Source of the DNA: Longimicrobiales bacterium | Lineage (GTDB): Bacteria > Gemmatimonadota > Gemmatimonadetes > Longimicrobiales > Gaopeijiaceae | Reading direction: 5' to 3' | Assembly: GCA_965202985.1 (NCBI GenBank) | Contig: CBDBCF010000001.1 | Coordinates: 2,048,001-2,112,000, forward strand | DNA: 64,000 nucleotides | Shown here: one piece after another, positions 9,073-17,458 of the stretch | Position numbering within the stretch: the stretch's first letter is position 1 | Layout of the letters: every line of letters starts with the position of its first letter | Position numbers and translations under genes: made by a program | The notes under the pieces: generated by a model | What the model was told of the DNA's origin: nothing | The model's database searches: none | What the model saw: the letters and a program-made list of their open reading frames with translations, nothing else

Positions 9073-9921
9073 TCAGCGGATCTCGCCGATTCTCGGAAAA
9101 CCGTCCCAGGTCGTACCGTCGAGCTCCCGGCCACCCGCCTTCGGTGTCCGACCGCCCCACTGCTTGAAGAAGAACGGTACGCCGCTTGCGGTGCAGTCGT
9201 CCCGGACGGTGCGCGCCCACTCGGGAGCCATCTGACGGGCATCATGGCCGCTCTCGCCCCCGACGATAACCCAGTGGAGCCCCGGGGAGGCGTCCTTGGC
9301 ACCGAGGCCGGAAAGCCTGCCACTGGCAGGGGCGTCGCTACGGGCGGCGTCGCGGCCGCGCAGAAAGCCGGACAGGTCCAGCGGCCCGATCAGGGGCTCG
9401 CAGCTCAGGAAGCGCACGGCGGCTGGGACGGCCAGCAGGTGCCGTACCCGATAGGCCACCGACTGGTCCTCGACGGACGTGCCGATCCAGATGTGGGACG
9501 GGAGCCCGGCCGGGAACAGGTCGGCGTTGCGTCGGACGAACTTGGCGGCCCTGGCGGGGCGCTTCGTCAGGACTTGGTAGACGTGACGGCCGATGTCGAG
9601 CATCACCTGGAAGCAGCGTCGGACGAACTCCTCCGGGACCTCCTTGTGGAAGAGGTCCGACATGGAGTTGACGAAGACGCGGCGGGGCCGTCGCCACGAC
9701 GCTGGGATCGGCAGGCGATCCGGCCAGAGGCGGACGGCGAAGGGGTTCCGTCGGTTCGCCGCCGTGTTGACCACGGGCAGGCGGGCGCGATAGGTGGTCG
9801 CCAGCAGGCGGTTCGACAGGCGCTCGGCGTAGCAGTGGTCGCAGCCGGCCGAGATGGGCGTGCATCCCGTGGTGGGGTTCCAGGTGGCGTCGGTCCACTC
9901 GATGGCGGTGCGTTCGGGCAA
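9073..9921 (-). CDS. Phage Gp37/Gp68 family (DUF5131) radical-SAM-like protein
   Basis: IEWTDATWNPTTGCTPISAGCDHCYA, FVNSMSDLFH, LTKR, FLSCEPL, WVIVGGESG, FFKQWGG. Confidence 0.95.
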   Translation of the reverse strand: MPERTAIEWTDATWNPTTGCTPISAGCDHCYAERLSNRLLATTYRARLPVVNTAANRRNPFAVRLWPDRLPIPASWRRPRRVFVNSMSDLFHKEVPEEFVRRCFQVMLDIGRHVYQVLTKRPARAAKFVRRNADLFPAGLPSHIWIGTSVEDQSVAYRVRHLLAVPAAVRFLSCEPLIGPLDLSGFLRGRDAARSDAPASGRLSGLGAKDASPGLHWVIVGGESGHDARQMAPEWARTVRDDCTASGVPFFFKQWGGRTPKAGGRELDGTTWDGFPRIGEIR

Positions 9922-9977
9922 GGACGGCTCCTAGGGCGGCGGGTCACCGGGGGCTGGCTCGGCGGCCCGGTATCCGA

Positions 9978-10006
9978 AAGGTAGTTGTTCGGCTTTTGTT
10001 CGGCAA
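9978..10006 (-). promoter_or_regulatory. Sigma70 promoter TTGCCG-N17-TACCTT overlapped by a GAAC-N7-GAAC LexA-like box
   Basis: + strand gttc-ggctttt-gttc at 9987-10001, between/overlapping -35 (10001-10006) and -10 (9978-9983). Confidence 0.65.
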
Positions 10007-10039
10007 CCAGATTGGCGGTGGACTGACCCGGTTTCGTGC

Positions 10040-10102
10040 AGTTCGAACTCCGTCAAATCGCAGGTAAAGCGCGTCGGCGTTCTTGGCGACACGTAGCTTC
10101 AT
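10040..10102 (-). pseudogene. DUF2283-like antitoxin N-terminal remnant
   Basis: MKLRVAKNADALYLRFD matches the typical MKxxxDxxADALYxRL start, then loses similarity. Confidence 0.5.
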
Positions 10103-10214
10103 GGGGTTGCTCGAGATGACCGCCGGTAGGCCGCGGCCCACGAGTTCGAGGTGTCGGTGATCACGTTCCGGGACTTGGGACAAGCAGGCCGCCATCGACG
10201 GACGTTGCCTCTGC

Positions 10215-10805
10215 CTATCCGTTCGCCAACTGCATCGCCCAAACGCCAATAATCGTTACAGCTCCTAGCAGCAGACCACTTCGCAGGCAATTGAAAGCGG
10301 CGACATTCCAGTTGTGCTTCTTGGTATTCGCCAATTCCTGACAAAACACCTCATTAGAAAGTACGCTTGCGTCTCGTATTCCACGAAATTCAAATTCTGT
10401 CCCTTTGCCAAACATCTTGGAAGTCTGATTTGCTTTCAACGTGATGTACCATCCAATCAATACATACGCTAGTGAGAAAAATAGTCCAACAATTCCAACC
10501 CATGTCCAGTCGATCGGATGAGAAAGGGTAACCAACAGTCCGGCAAAAGCAAGTATTCCCAGCAATCTCTGCCCTAGTCTGTCAGTCTTCGCCTCGATCG
10601 ACTCAGCTCGTTCATGTTCCTGTTCAAGCCGCGTCTTCAACACCCACAGCGGAATGGCCTCATAAGGCGATGTTTCATTATTAATACGTGAATCGATATC
10701 GTGATTCGCTCGCCAAGCTTTCCAAAATGGCATCACCCAATCCCAGAGGCCCTTCATCCAGAACACTACTCGGGCACCAAGGCGCCTCAAATTCGCCCTA
10801 AGCAT
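10215..10805 (-). CDS. Three-TM membrane protein, third gene of the graspetide operon
   Basis: Charged helix EHERAESIEAK, two TM segments, a loop, NTKK, a third TM segment; 8-nt overlap with the ATP-grasp stop. Confidence 0.8.
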   Translation of the reverse strand: MLRANLRRLGARVVFWMKGLWDWVMPFWKAWRANHDIDSRINNETSPYEAIPLWVLKTRLEQEHERAESIEAKTDRLGQRLLGILAFAGLLVTLSHPIDWTWVGIVGLFFSLAYVLIGWYITLKANQTSKMFGKGTEFEFRGIRDASVLSNEVFCQELANTKKHNWNVAAFNCLRSGLLLGAVTIIGVWAMQLANG

Positions 10806-11754
10806 TCGCTGGTGCCAACCAAGTTGCTAGGGCAACATCGATTGGCCGATCGTCGTTTGCCAGCCAGCTCCATTCGCCTGTCGGGTTGATCTCAATGAAG
10901 AAAATGCCCTTGTTGTTTTCGGCGAGGTCTATGGCTGCAAACGACAAGCCCAAGTTCCGAACAAGTTCTCGGCACTTGTGCTCAATGTCTGGCGTCAGTC
11001 GGCAGGAATCATAAACAAGTTGATTCTTGGGGATCACGCGCCAATCGCCTTCTATGCCCTTCTCGTCCTTTAGTACACGAACGGCGAATACATGATCGCC
11101 TACGACAGTAACGCGCAAGTCGTGCTTGTTCTTTATTGCCTGTTGCGCGACCACCGGCGCGGTTGCGATGGTGGCATCAGTCAGTCGATCCCGCTGAAGA
11201 ATCGTGGTATACGTGAACAAGCTTTGCTCGCCCTCAGTCAGCAGCACCGTATCTAGGGACTTGATTGCTAGCTCTGTCGGAAAGACGGCGTCGATGCTTT
11301 CTACGTCATTGGTGACCAAGGTACGTGGTACGCGAAACCCCACTCGATCAGCCGCCGCCAATTGATAAGGTTTGGATTCTGCTTGATATGTTGCAGACGG
11401 GTGGTTCATCCAGCGAGCCTCCTCAAACACTGACAGTGACCTAAGAAATGCCATCCATTGCGACCTGTCCAGTTGCTCGCTCACAGACAATGGAACACCG
11501 GGCGAATTCCTGTGAAAAATCGGAGCTCTATACCACACCGACTTTAGATTCTCGACAGAATGTCGTCCGACTGGTCCACTGATCTGCATCAGCGGCCCCA
11601 AGGGGTCGACAGTTATCCGATGTCTTGCCAAGTCTTCTTTGTTGAGGCGAACATAGGATACGCCCGCCGCTTCCAACCTAGCCGTGACCATGTCGGCGGC
11701 CAGGTCATAAAGACTCGACAAGATGAGAACTTCTGAAGTACTTCCTCCCTTCAC
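10798..11754 (-). CDS. ATP-grasp RiPP maturase (graspetide synthetase, MvdC/MvdD-like)
   Basis: AESKPYQL.AA..VGF.VP.TLVTND, IKSL, APVVAQQAI, DLRVTVVG, DWR, LGLSFAAIDL, FIEINPTGEW. Confidence 0.92.
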   Translation of the reverse strand: MKGGSTSEVLILSSLYDLAADMVTARLEAAGVSYVRLNKEDLARHRITVDPLGPLMQISGPVGRHSVENLKSVWYRAPIFHRNSPGVPLSVSEQLDRSQWMAFLRSLSVFEEARWMNHPSATYQAESKPYQLAAADRVGFRVPRTLVTNDVESIDAVFPTELAIKSLDTVLLTEGEQSLFTYTTILQRDRLTDATIATAPVVAQQAIKNKHDLRVTVVGDHVFAVRVLKDEKGIEGDWRVIPKNQLVYDSCRLTPDIEHKCRELVRNLGLSFAAIDLAENNKGIFFIEINPTGEWSWLANDDRPIDVALATWLAPANA

Positions 11755-11942
11755 GATCCCTTCATGTCCTCGCCGGTCTCGATATCGTGCTTTTTCGTTG
11801 CCGCCCGGTATGCCGGGTTCAGCACCATCGGCTTGCCGTCCTTGACCCAGTAGCCCCGGGCCGAGTCGTAGACAGCGCCGGGGGGCATGTCGACGGTTTC
11901 TCGTGTAGGGTGGCGAGACGCGAGATCGATCAAGATGTGCAT
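11751..11942 (-). CDS. Graspetide precursor peptide (63 aa)
   Basis: AAGGAG RBS; MHILIDLA...YDSARGYW...ATKKHDIETGEDMKGS with Thr/Lys donors followed by Asp/Glu acceptors; GTGA overlap with the ATP-grasp gene. Confidence 0.85.
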   Translation of the reverse strand: MHILIDLASRHPTRETVDMPPGAVYDSARGYWVKDGKPMVLNPAYRAATKKHDIETGEDMKGS

Positions 11943-12057
11943 TGTCATCTCCTTGGTGAAGGTCGGCGTGCGTCGTCCATCCACTACAATAACATGCGTG
12001 TCAAGGGGCAGGGCTGGCGCAAGCCGGAGGGTAAGATGGCGTCTCCGTACGCTGTTC

Positions 12058-15000
12058 TTAAACGTCAAGCCCTCTCAGGTGCTCAGTCAAGCGGGTGCGG
12101 TACGCCGCCGGCAGCGCGGCGTGCGTGAAGTCCTTGTAGATCACTTCGAGGTCGTCGGGGCCGAGACCCCAGGCCCGGGCCACGCGGGCGTCGATTTCCA
12201 GGCGCAGCTCCGTGCGGTCGGCGTCCAGCAGCGGGCCGTACTCCACGCCGGTCTCGCGGGCGAAGTCGGCGAAACGGTCGTCCACGGCGGACAGACGGGC
12301 GGCGGCTCCGGCGATCTGGGCGAAGTCGTCGTCGGTCAGGGAAGGCACGTAAAGGCTCTCGAGCAGGAAGAAGTTGACGTTCAGTTCGATGAATCGACGG
12401 GCCTGCCAGTCGAAAGGCAGGCTGTTCATGATGCCCAAGCAAGCGGCCCGCGCCAGCCCGTCTTCGGTCGAAAATGACAGATAAGGGGCCTTATTTGTCA
12501 AGAAAACCCCATTCGGGACCAAGCAGGCGATCACGGTGCGCGAATTCGTGCGGTTCGTGACATCTCGAAAGCACAATCTGTCACGGCAGATGTCAGCCAA
12601 GACCGACTGCCTGCGTTCGGCCACGGGCAGGTCCGGCGCAAGGAGCGAACCGGAACCGGGCCTGGGCTTTCGCACCTTGGCCCAGAGCGCGTCGGTCAGC
12701 GGCAGGGACCGCTCGCCGTACCCGTGAGGATCGTACTGGCCGAAGCTCTCGCCCTTCCAGAGACGGGCGTCGCCGTCCCGTCCTGCCCACAGCTTCTTGT
12801 CGTTGGTCTCGTGCAGCTCGGCCACCGGAAAGCAGGACCAACGCCCGTCGGCGCCGCGAGGGAAGAGGCTGCCGGTGCGGACGCGAGCCAGTAGGTCGGC
12901 CTCGGCCTGGGAACGGACCAACGGCGTCTCCCATTCCGGCCCGAAGGTGGACGGGGCCAAGCCGACGCCGGGGCTGGCCGCCTGCTCGACCCACATGCGC
13001 TTGGATTCAGCGGTGCCGGCCACCGACACCAAGTGGTCCGCCGCCGGCAGCCCGCGCTGGGCAACGACCAATGCGATTGAGTATTGCGGGTGCGTGTCGA
13101 ACGCCCACCGTCCCCGGTTCAGCAGGAAGTCCACCCGGCGCGTCGTCGATCCTCGATAGAGCCACTTGCGGAACTCCTTGGAGCCCTTGGCCACGAATGC
13201 GGTCCTGGGCAGCACCACGCCGGCGAACCCGCGCTCGCGCACCAACATCCGGTAGCGCTGGCAGAAGTACTTGTACAGGTCGGGGTCGCCGCCCATCGGA
13301 TCGTAGTCGCTGCGCTCCGGGTCGGGTCCCGCCAGGGCTTGCCGATAGTTGCGAGCCTGCGCTTGCCGAGCCTCCAGCCTTTCCTCCAACTCCGGCCGCT
13401 CCCGCATCAATTCCCCCACCCACTCCCGCCGCTCCTTCTCAGCCAAAGCCGCGATCCCAGGACGGTACAGCCCGTAGAACGACAGCTCCTCGACCGTCAC
13501 TTCCTCCCAGGGCGGGTTGCCGACCACCACGTCGAACCCCGGCGACGACCGCGAGAACACCTGCGGGAACGCCAGCGGCCAGTGGAGGAAGCAATGCCGG
13601 TCGGCCAGCTCGCGGGCTCGGCGCACGAGCGCGGTCTGGGGTTTGCCCGAGATTACGGCCACGCCGTTGGTCGCCACATCTTCGCGCGCGCCAGCCAGTC
13701 CGAACTGCTCCGCCGTCCACAGGTCGAAGAGCCGCTTCATCCCCTCGGTTGCGTCCGACGCCTCTTGGTCCGCCGCTTGGCTGGCCGCGTACTCTTCGGG
13801 CGTGCGGTCGTCGATCTCGGCCAACTTGTGCACCGCCGCCGCGGCCTCGTTCAGCGCTTGCCGCAACGGCTCCCGGAACAGCGGGGCTTCGTCCAGCAGC
13901 GGCTTCGGGTCGCCCACGCCGATCAAGGCGTCGCCCACGACCACGTTCCGTCCCAAGTACGCCAGCGACAGGCCGGGCACGAACGACGCCAGCCACAGCG
14001 ACAGCGCCGCCACCTCGACGCCCATCGCGCTCCGGTCCACGCCGAAGACGCAGTGCTTGACGATCAGACGGCGGAGCAGGGCCGCGTCTTCGCACGCCAC
14101 GCCGGGGGACGCGCGGCTGCGCAGTCGTTCCAGCGCATCCAGCAACGGCGGCAGGGGGTGCTCGGCCAGGAAGCGCACGGTCATCTCGGCCAGGGCGTCC
14201 GCGACCTGCACAAGGAAGTGCGCGCTGCCGCACGCCGGGTCCACGACCGCGAACGACAGCAGAAGCTTGGCCGCCGCCTCCGGGTCCGTTTTCGCCTGCT
14301 CCGCCACTTGCGCCAAGTGCTTCTTGAACGGCGGCTCCACGGCTCCCTTCACCAAGTGGCGCACGATCTCGACCGGCGTGTAGTAGACGCCTTCCTCCTT
14401 GCGACCGCCCGCGTGGGTCTGCCAGAGCAGGCCGCCCGGCTTCACTTCCGCCGCGCCCGGCGACGGCGCGCTCACGTAGCGGTCCTTCTTGGCGTCGTAG
14501 CGCAGCGGGCGGGCGGCCAGCGACAGGCGCAGGCCCAGCAGGGACTCGTAGGTGTGGCCGATGTGGGCGATCTCCAGCGTCGAAAAGTCCGCTCCCCTCC
14601 CTTGCTCGGCGTCGTGGCCGACAGCCGACAGTACGCGCCCGAACTCGGGGTCGCGCAGCTCCATCCGCTCCAGCAGCTCGGCGCCCGCGAAGTCCTCGGC
14701 CGCGAAGAGGGCGCCGTTGTAGGCGGGCACGTCCCAGGCCGGATTGCCGGATCGCATCGCCTTGACCAGCCGCGTGAACCCGTTCCACAGCGCGGACGAC
14801 GCCGGGCTTAGCTTGCCCTTGGTCGCGTGGGCCTCGGTTACAAGCTCCGACAGCGACGCCTTGCGGTAGGACTCGTTGTTCATCGGCAGATGGCCGGCGG
14901 CTTCCGCAAAGAGGATGAACACGGCGCGGAACACCAGCGTCATCGCGGCCTTCTCCAGCTTGTCGCGCTGGGTGTCGTCGTGCAGGTCCAGGCCGTGCTC

Positions 15001-15966
15001 CTTGGCCCATCGCTCCATGTCGGCGGCCAGCGCGGGCAAGGCCTCCTGACGGATCGTGCGGTCCAGCCGGGCGCGCAGCCGGACGCCGAAGTTGATCGCT
15101 TCTTTTTGCAGGTCGGCGAAGCCGTGGCCGGCCAGGGACGCGGGCGCGAGCAACGCCAGGAAGGCGCGCCGGTCGTCGTCCAGCAGGTCGTCGTCCAGTT
15201 CGAGCCAGTGGCGGGTGCCGCCGGGGGACTCCATGTCGAACAGGCGGAAGCAGCCGCGAAACGCCAAGATGCCGTAGCGAGCGCCTCGTTCCTTGCAGTC
15301 CGACGCCAGCAGTCCCTCGGGCGGACGGCCGTCGCTGTCCAAGCGGGCCAGCGCACTCGCCGTCTTCTTGGGATGCACCACCGCCACCGGCCGGCCTTCG
15401 TGGACGGCCAAGTAGCCCCGGCGCGGAAGGCGGTCCAGGCGGTAGCCCAGCGCCGACAACGTCTGACGCCACGAACTCGGCGCGGGCGGGAGGTCAGCCA
15501 CCGCGCGGCGGGCGCGCTCCCATCGCGCGGGGTCGCGCCGATAGCGGGATTCCAGGGTGTGGCTGGTGAGGAGGCCGTTGAAGGCCAGCCCGTTCCCCGC
15601 GGCGCGGTTCAGCTCGTCCGCCAGTCGGCGCACGGCTTCCAGGGGCGACAGGTCCCCCAGCGACTCGAGCGATTTGGCCAGGTGGCCGGCGTCCACGGAG
15701 CGCACCGGGCCTTGGTGCGTGACCGGCCCCAGGACGCGGAGGCGGCCGGGGCGCTTGGGGTCGTCGGCCAGCAGCAGGCAGCGCCGGGTGACGCCTGCGG
15801 ACAGGGCGCGCCATTCGGCTCGCATGGCGGCGTCGGTGGTCGAGGCGGAGGCCGTAAGGTCGATGTCGCCGACGGCGGCGCGGGGGAGCGCTTCGGCGCC
15901 GGGGGCGGTCAGCGGGCGCGCCACGCCTTCGCGCACCAGGCGGCGGATGAGGTCGGGGGCGGTCAC
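12058..15966 (-). CDS. Large Type IIG/Eco57I-like (DrmMI/PglX-like) N6-adenine methyltransferase
   Basis: YNGALF, IGHTYESLL, GVYYTP, VVDPACGSAHFL, GNPPW, C-terminal RDVTNRTNSRT target-recognition region; 1302 aa. Confidence 0.9.
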   Translation of the reverse strand: MTAPDLIRRLVREGVARPLTAPGAEALPRAAVGDIDLTASASTTDAAMRAEWRALSAGVTRRCLLLADDPKRPGRLRVLGPVTHQGPVRSVDAGHLAKSLESLGDLSPLEAVRRLADELNRAAGNGLAFNGLLTSHTLESRYRRDPARWERARRAVADLPPAPSSWRQTLSALGYRLDRLPRRGYLAVHEGRPVAVVHPKKTASALARLDSDGRPPEGLLASDCKERGARYGILAFRGCFRLFDMESPGGTRHWLELDDDLLDDDRRAFLALLAPASLAGHGFADLQKEAINFGVRLRARLDRTIRQEALPALAADMERWAKEHGLDLHDDTQRDKLEKAAMTLVFRAVFILFAEAAGHLPMNNESYRKASLSELVTEAHATKGKLSPASSALWNGFTRLVKAMRSGNPAWDVPAYNGALFAAEDFAGAELLERMELRDPEFGRVLSAVGHDAEQGRGADFSTLEIAHIGHTYESLLGLRLSLAARPLRYDAKKDRYVSAPSPGAAEVKPGGLLWQTHAGGRKEEGVYYTPVEIVRHLVKGAVEPPFKKHLAQVAEQAKTDPEAAAKLLLSFAVVDPACGSAHFLVQVADALAEMTVRFLAEHPLPPLLDALERLRSRASPGVACEDAALLRRLIVKHCVFGVDRSAMGVEVAALSLWLASFVPGLSLAYLGRNVVVGDALIGVGDPKPLLDEAPLFREPLRQALNEAAAAVHKLAEIDDRTPEEYAASQAADQEASDATEGMKRLFDLWTAEQFGLAGAREDVATNGVAVISGKPQTALVRRARELADRHCFLHWPLAFPQVFSRSSPGFDVVVGNPPWEEVTVEELSFYGLYRPGIAALAEKERREWVGELMRERPELEERLEARQAQARNYRQALAGPDPERSDYDPMGGDPDLYKYFCQRYRMLVRERGFAGVVLPRTAFVAKGSKEFRKWLYRGSTTRRVDFLLNRGRWAFDTHPQYSIALVVAQRGLPAADHLVSVAGTAESKRMWVEQAASPGVGLAPSTFGPEWETPLVRSQAEADLLARVRTGSLFPRGADGRWSCFPVAELHETNDKKLWAGRDGDARLWKGESFGQYDPHGYGERSLPLTDALWAKVRKPRPGSGSLLAPDLPVAERRQSVLADICRDRLCFRDVTNRTNSRTVIACLVPNGVFLTNKAPYLSFSTEDGLARAACLGIMNSLPFDWQARRFIELNVNFFLLESLYVPSLTDDDFAQIAGAAARLSAVDDRFADFARETGVEYGPLLDADRTELRLEIDARVARAWGLGPDDLEVIYKDFTHAALPAAYRTRLTEHLRGLDV

Positions 15967-16165
15967 GGGAACGAAGGTACGGTTCCGGGACCTTGGCGCA
16001 CAGGTCGCGGGCGTAGGCCAGAGGCCTTGGGCCAGCGCCCCCGGTGGCCGCCATCGGCCGGGTCGAAAGCCGGACCGACTTGCCCGAGTCCGAGATGATC
16101 CAGTACCATTGGAACAGTCCGGCCTAAACGACCAGTCGATTTATGTGGCCAGAAGGAGGACAGCC

Positions 16166-16411
16166 GTGCTGACAGTAGGAGCCTACCAAGCCAAGACCCG
16201 TCTTTCGGAGTTGTTGGGCCGGGTTGCCGAGGGCGACAGCGTCACGATTACGAGACACGGACGCCCAATCGCGCGGCTGGTGCCCGTGGAAGACGACGCA
16301 AGGCGGAGAGCTTCCCAAGCCGCAGAGCGGATTCGAACACGGCGTGCGGGCCCGCAGACCGTTCCGCTTGCGGAACTGGTGCGCTGGATTCACGAGGGGC
16401 GTCGCCGTTGA
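16166..16411 (+). CDS. Phd/YefM-family antitoxin
   Basis: AGGAGG RBS + GTG; TVGAYQAKTRLSELLGRVAEGDSVTITRHGRPIARLVP. Confidence 0.9.
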   Translation: MLTVGAYQAKTRLSELLGRVAEGDSVTITRHGRPIARLVPVEDDARRRASQAAERIRTRRAGPQTVPLAELVRWIHEGRRR

Positions 16412-16760
16412 TCGTTCTGGACGCTTCGGTCGCGCTGTCCTGGGTTCTGGCCGACGAAGGCACCCCGGAAGCCGAGGAAGCGATGCGACAGGTCGTGTTG
16501 CCGAGCGACGAGGACGGATTAACTCCCGGGAGGTAGCCGATACGCTGGTCGACTTGGCCCAACTTCCGATCATAGTCGACGAAGGCGACGAGGACGCGGA
16601 CATCCTGGGAGCAGCGCGCCGCCGGAAGCTGTCGGCCTACGACGCCGCCTACTTGGCGCTCGCTGGCCGACGGCGGCTCCCGCTGGCCACCCTGGACAAC
16701 CGACTCTGGAGTGCGGCTTCGGCGGAAGGCGTGCCCTTGGTCACCAACTTAACCCCCTGA
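16408..16760 (+). pseudogene. vapC: VapC/PIN toxin with internal deletion and frameshift
   Basis: MIVLDASVALSWVLADE stops near 16535; C-terminal ERRGRI...LSAYDAAYLALA...LATLD is in another frame. Confidence 0.85.
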
Positions 16761-16796
16761 CCTCGACTCGGCGCTTTCTGCCGTGCAGAGGCGTCG

Positions 16797-16838
16797 TTGA
16801 CAGATTCTCTGCCAGTTTTGTTGGGGTCAATCTGTCAA
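16797..16838. repeat. Perfect 10-bp inverted repeat TTGACAGATT-N22-AATCTGTCAA
   Basis: Read directly; lies between convergent gene ends. Confidence 0.7.
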
Positions 16839-17458
16839 GTCGCAGAACGCTCACTTCGTGCGCACACCCGGTCGAGGAAGTCGAGCAGCCGCTTTACGTG
16901 TGGCGAGGCGTCGGCAACCTTCTTCGGGTCGATCTTCTCCAACAAGACGAATGAATGACGGCCCTTGTGGTACGGCTTTCTGCAATGGCGTGTCGCTTTC
17001 TTGAGGCCTGCCATGACGTCCTCCTTCGCGATTCCTTCGATATCGCTACCGCCCGGAAGCGCCTCTTGCGTGAAATCCCCGCCAAAGAACTTCGCTAGGC
17101 ATTCCCTGTCTGCCAAGAACCAAGCCTCCATGCACTGAACCATTAGTTGCGCTTGGTCATCGGTGGCCCCCGGCGGCTGCTTCCACTCCTTATCCCGCCT
17201 CTGCAAGTGGGACCATGGCCTGCCTCTTCGGCCAACTCGCTCCTCACTGTCAACGAGCAGGATGGCGATATGGTCATCCACCGAGGTGTCCAGGCTATGG
17301 CGAAATTTGTCGTAGGCTTTGTCCCGCCCGCCGCACGCTACAATACGAGGCATTCGGTTCTCAAGGCCGGCGCGGAGAAAAAACTTGCTAAACCCCTTGC
17401 GACAACGGCTTCTCAGTTCGCGGGTGTCTCCTCCTCCTTCGACAAACACCGTCACCAT
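16835..17458 (-). CDS. DUF4276-family protein (predicted TOPRIM/RloB-like nuclease)
   Basis: VFVEGGGD, ACGGR, LLVDSE, LMVQCMEAWFLAD, YHKGRHS. Confidence 0.8.
   Translation of the reverse strand: MVTVFVEGGGDTRELRSRCRKGFSKFFLRAGLENRMPRIVACGGRDKAYDKFRHSLDTSVDDHIAILLVDSEERVGRRGRPWSHLQRRDKEWKQPPGATDDQAQLMVQCMEAWFLADRECLAKFFGGDFTQEALPGGSDIEGIAKEDVMAGLKKATRHCRKPYHKGRHSFVLLEKIDPKKVADASPHVKRLLDFLDRVCARSERSAT

Noticed and set aside
11943..12068. 105-aa version of the graspetide precursor
   Set aside because: A strong AAGGAG RBS points to ATG 11942; the upstream extension overlaps the MTase stop.
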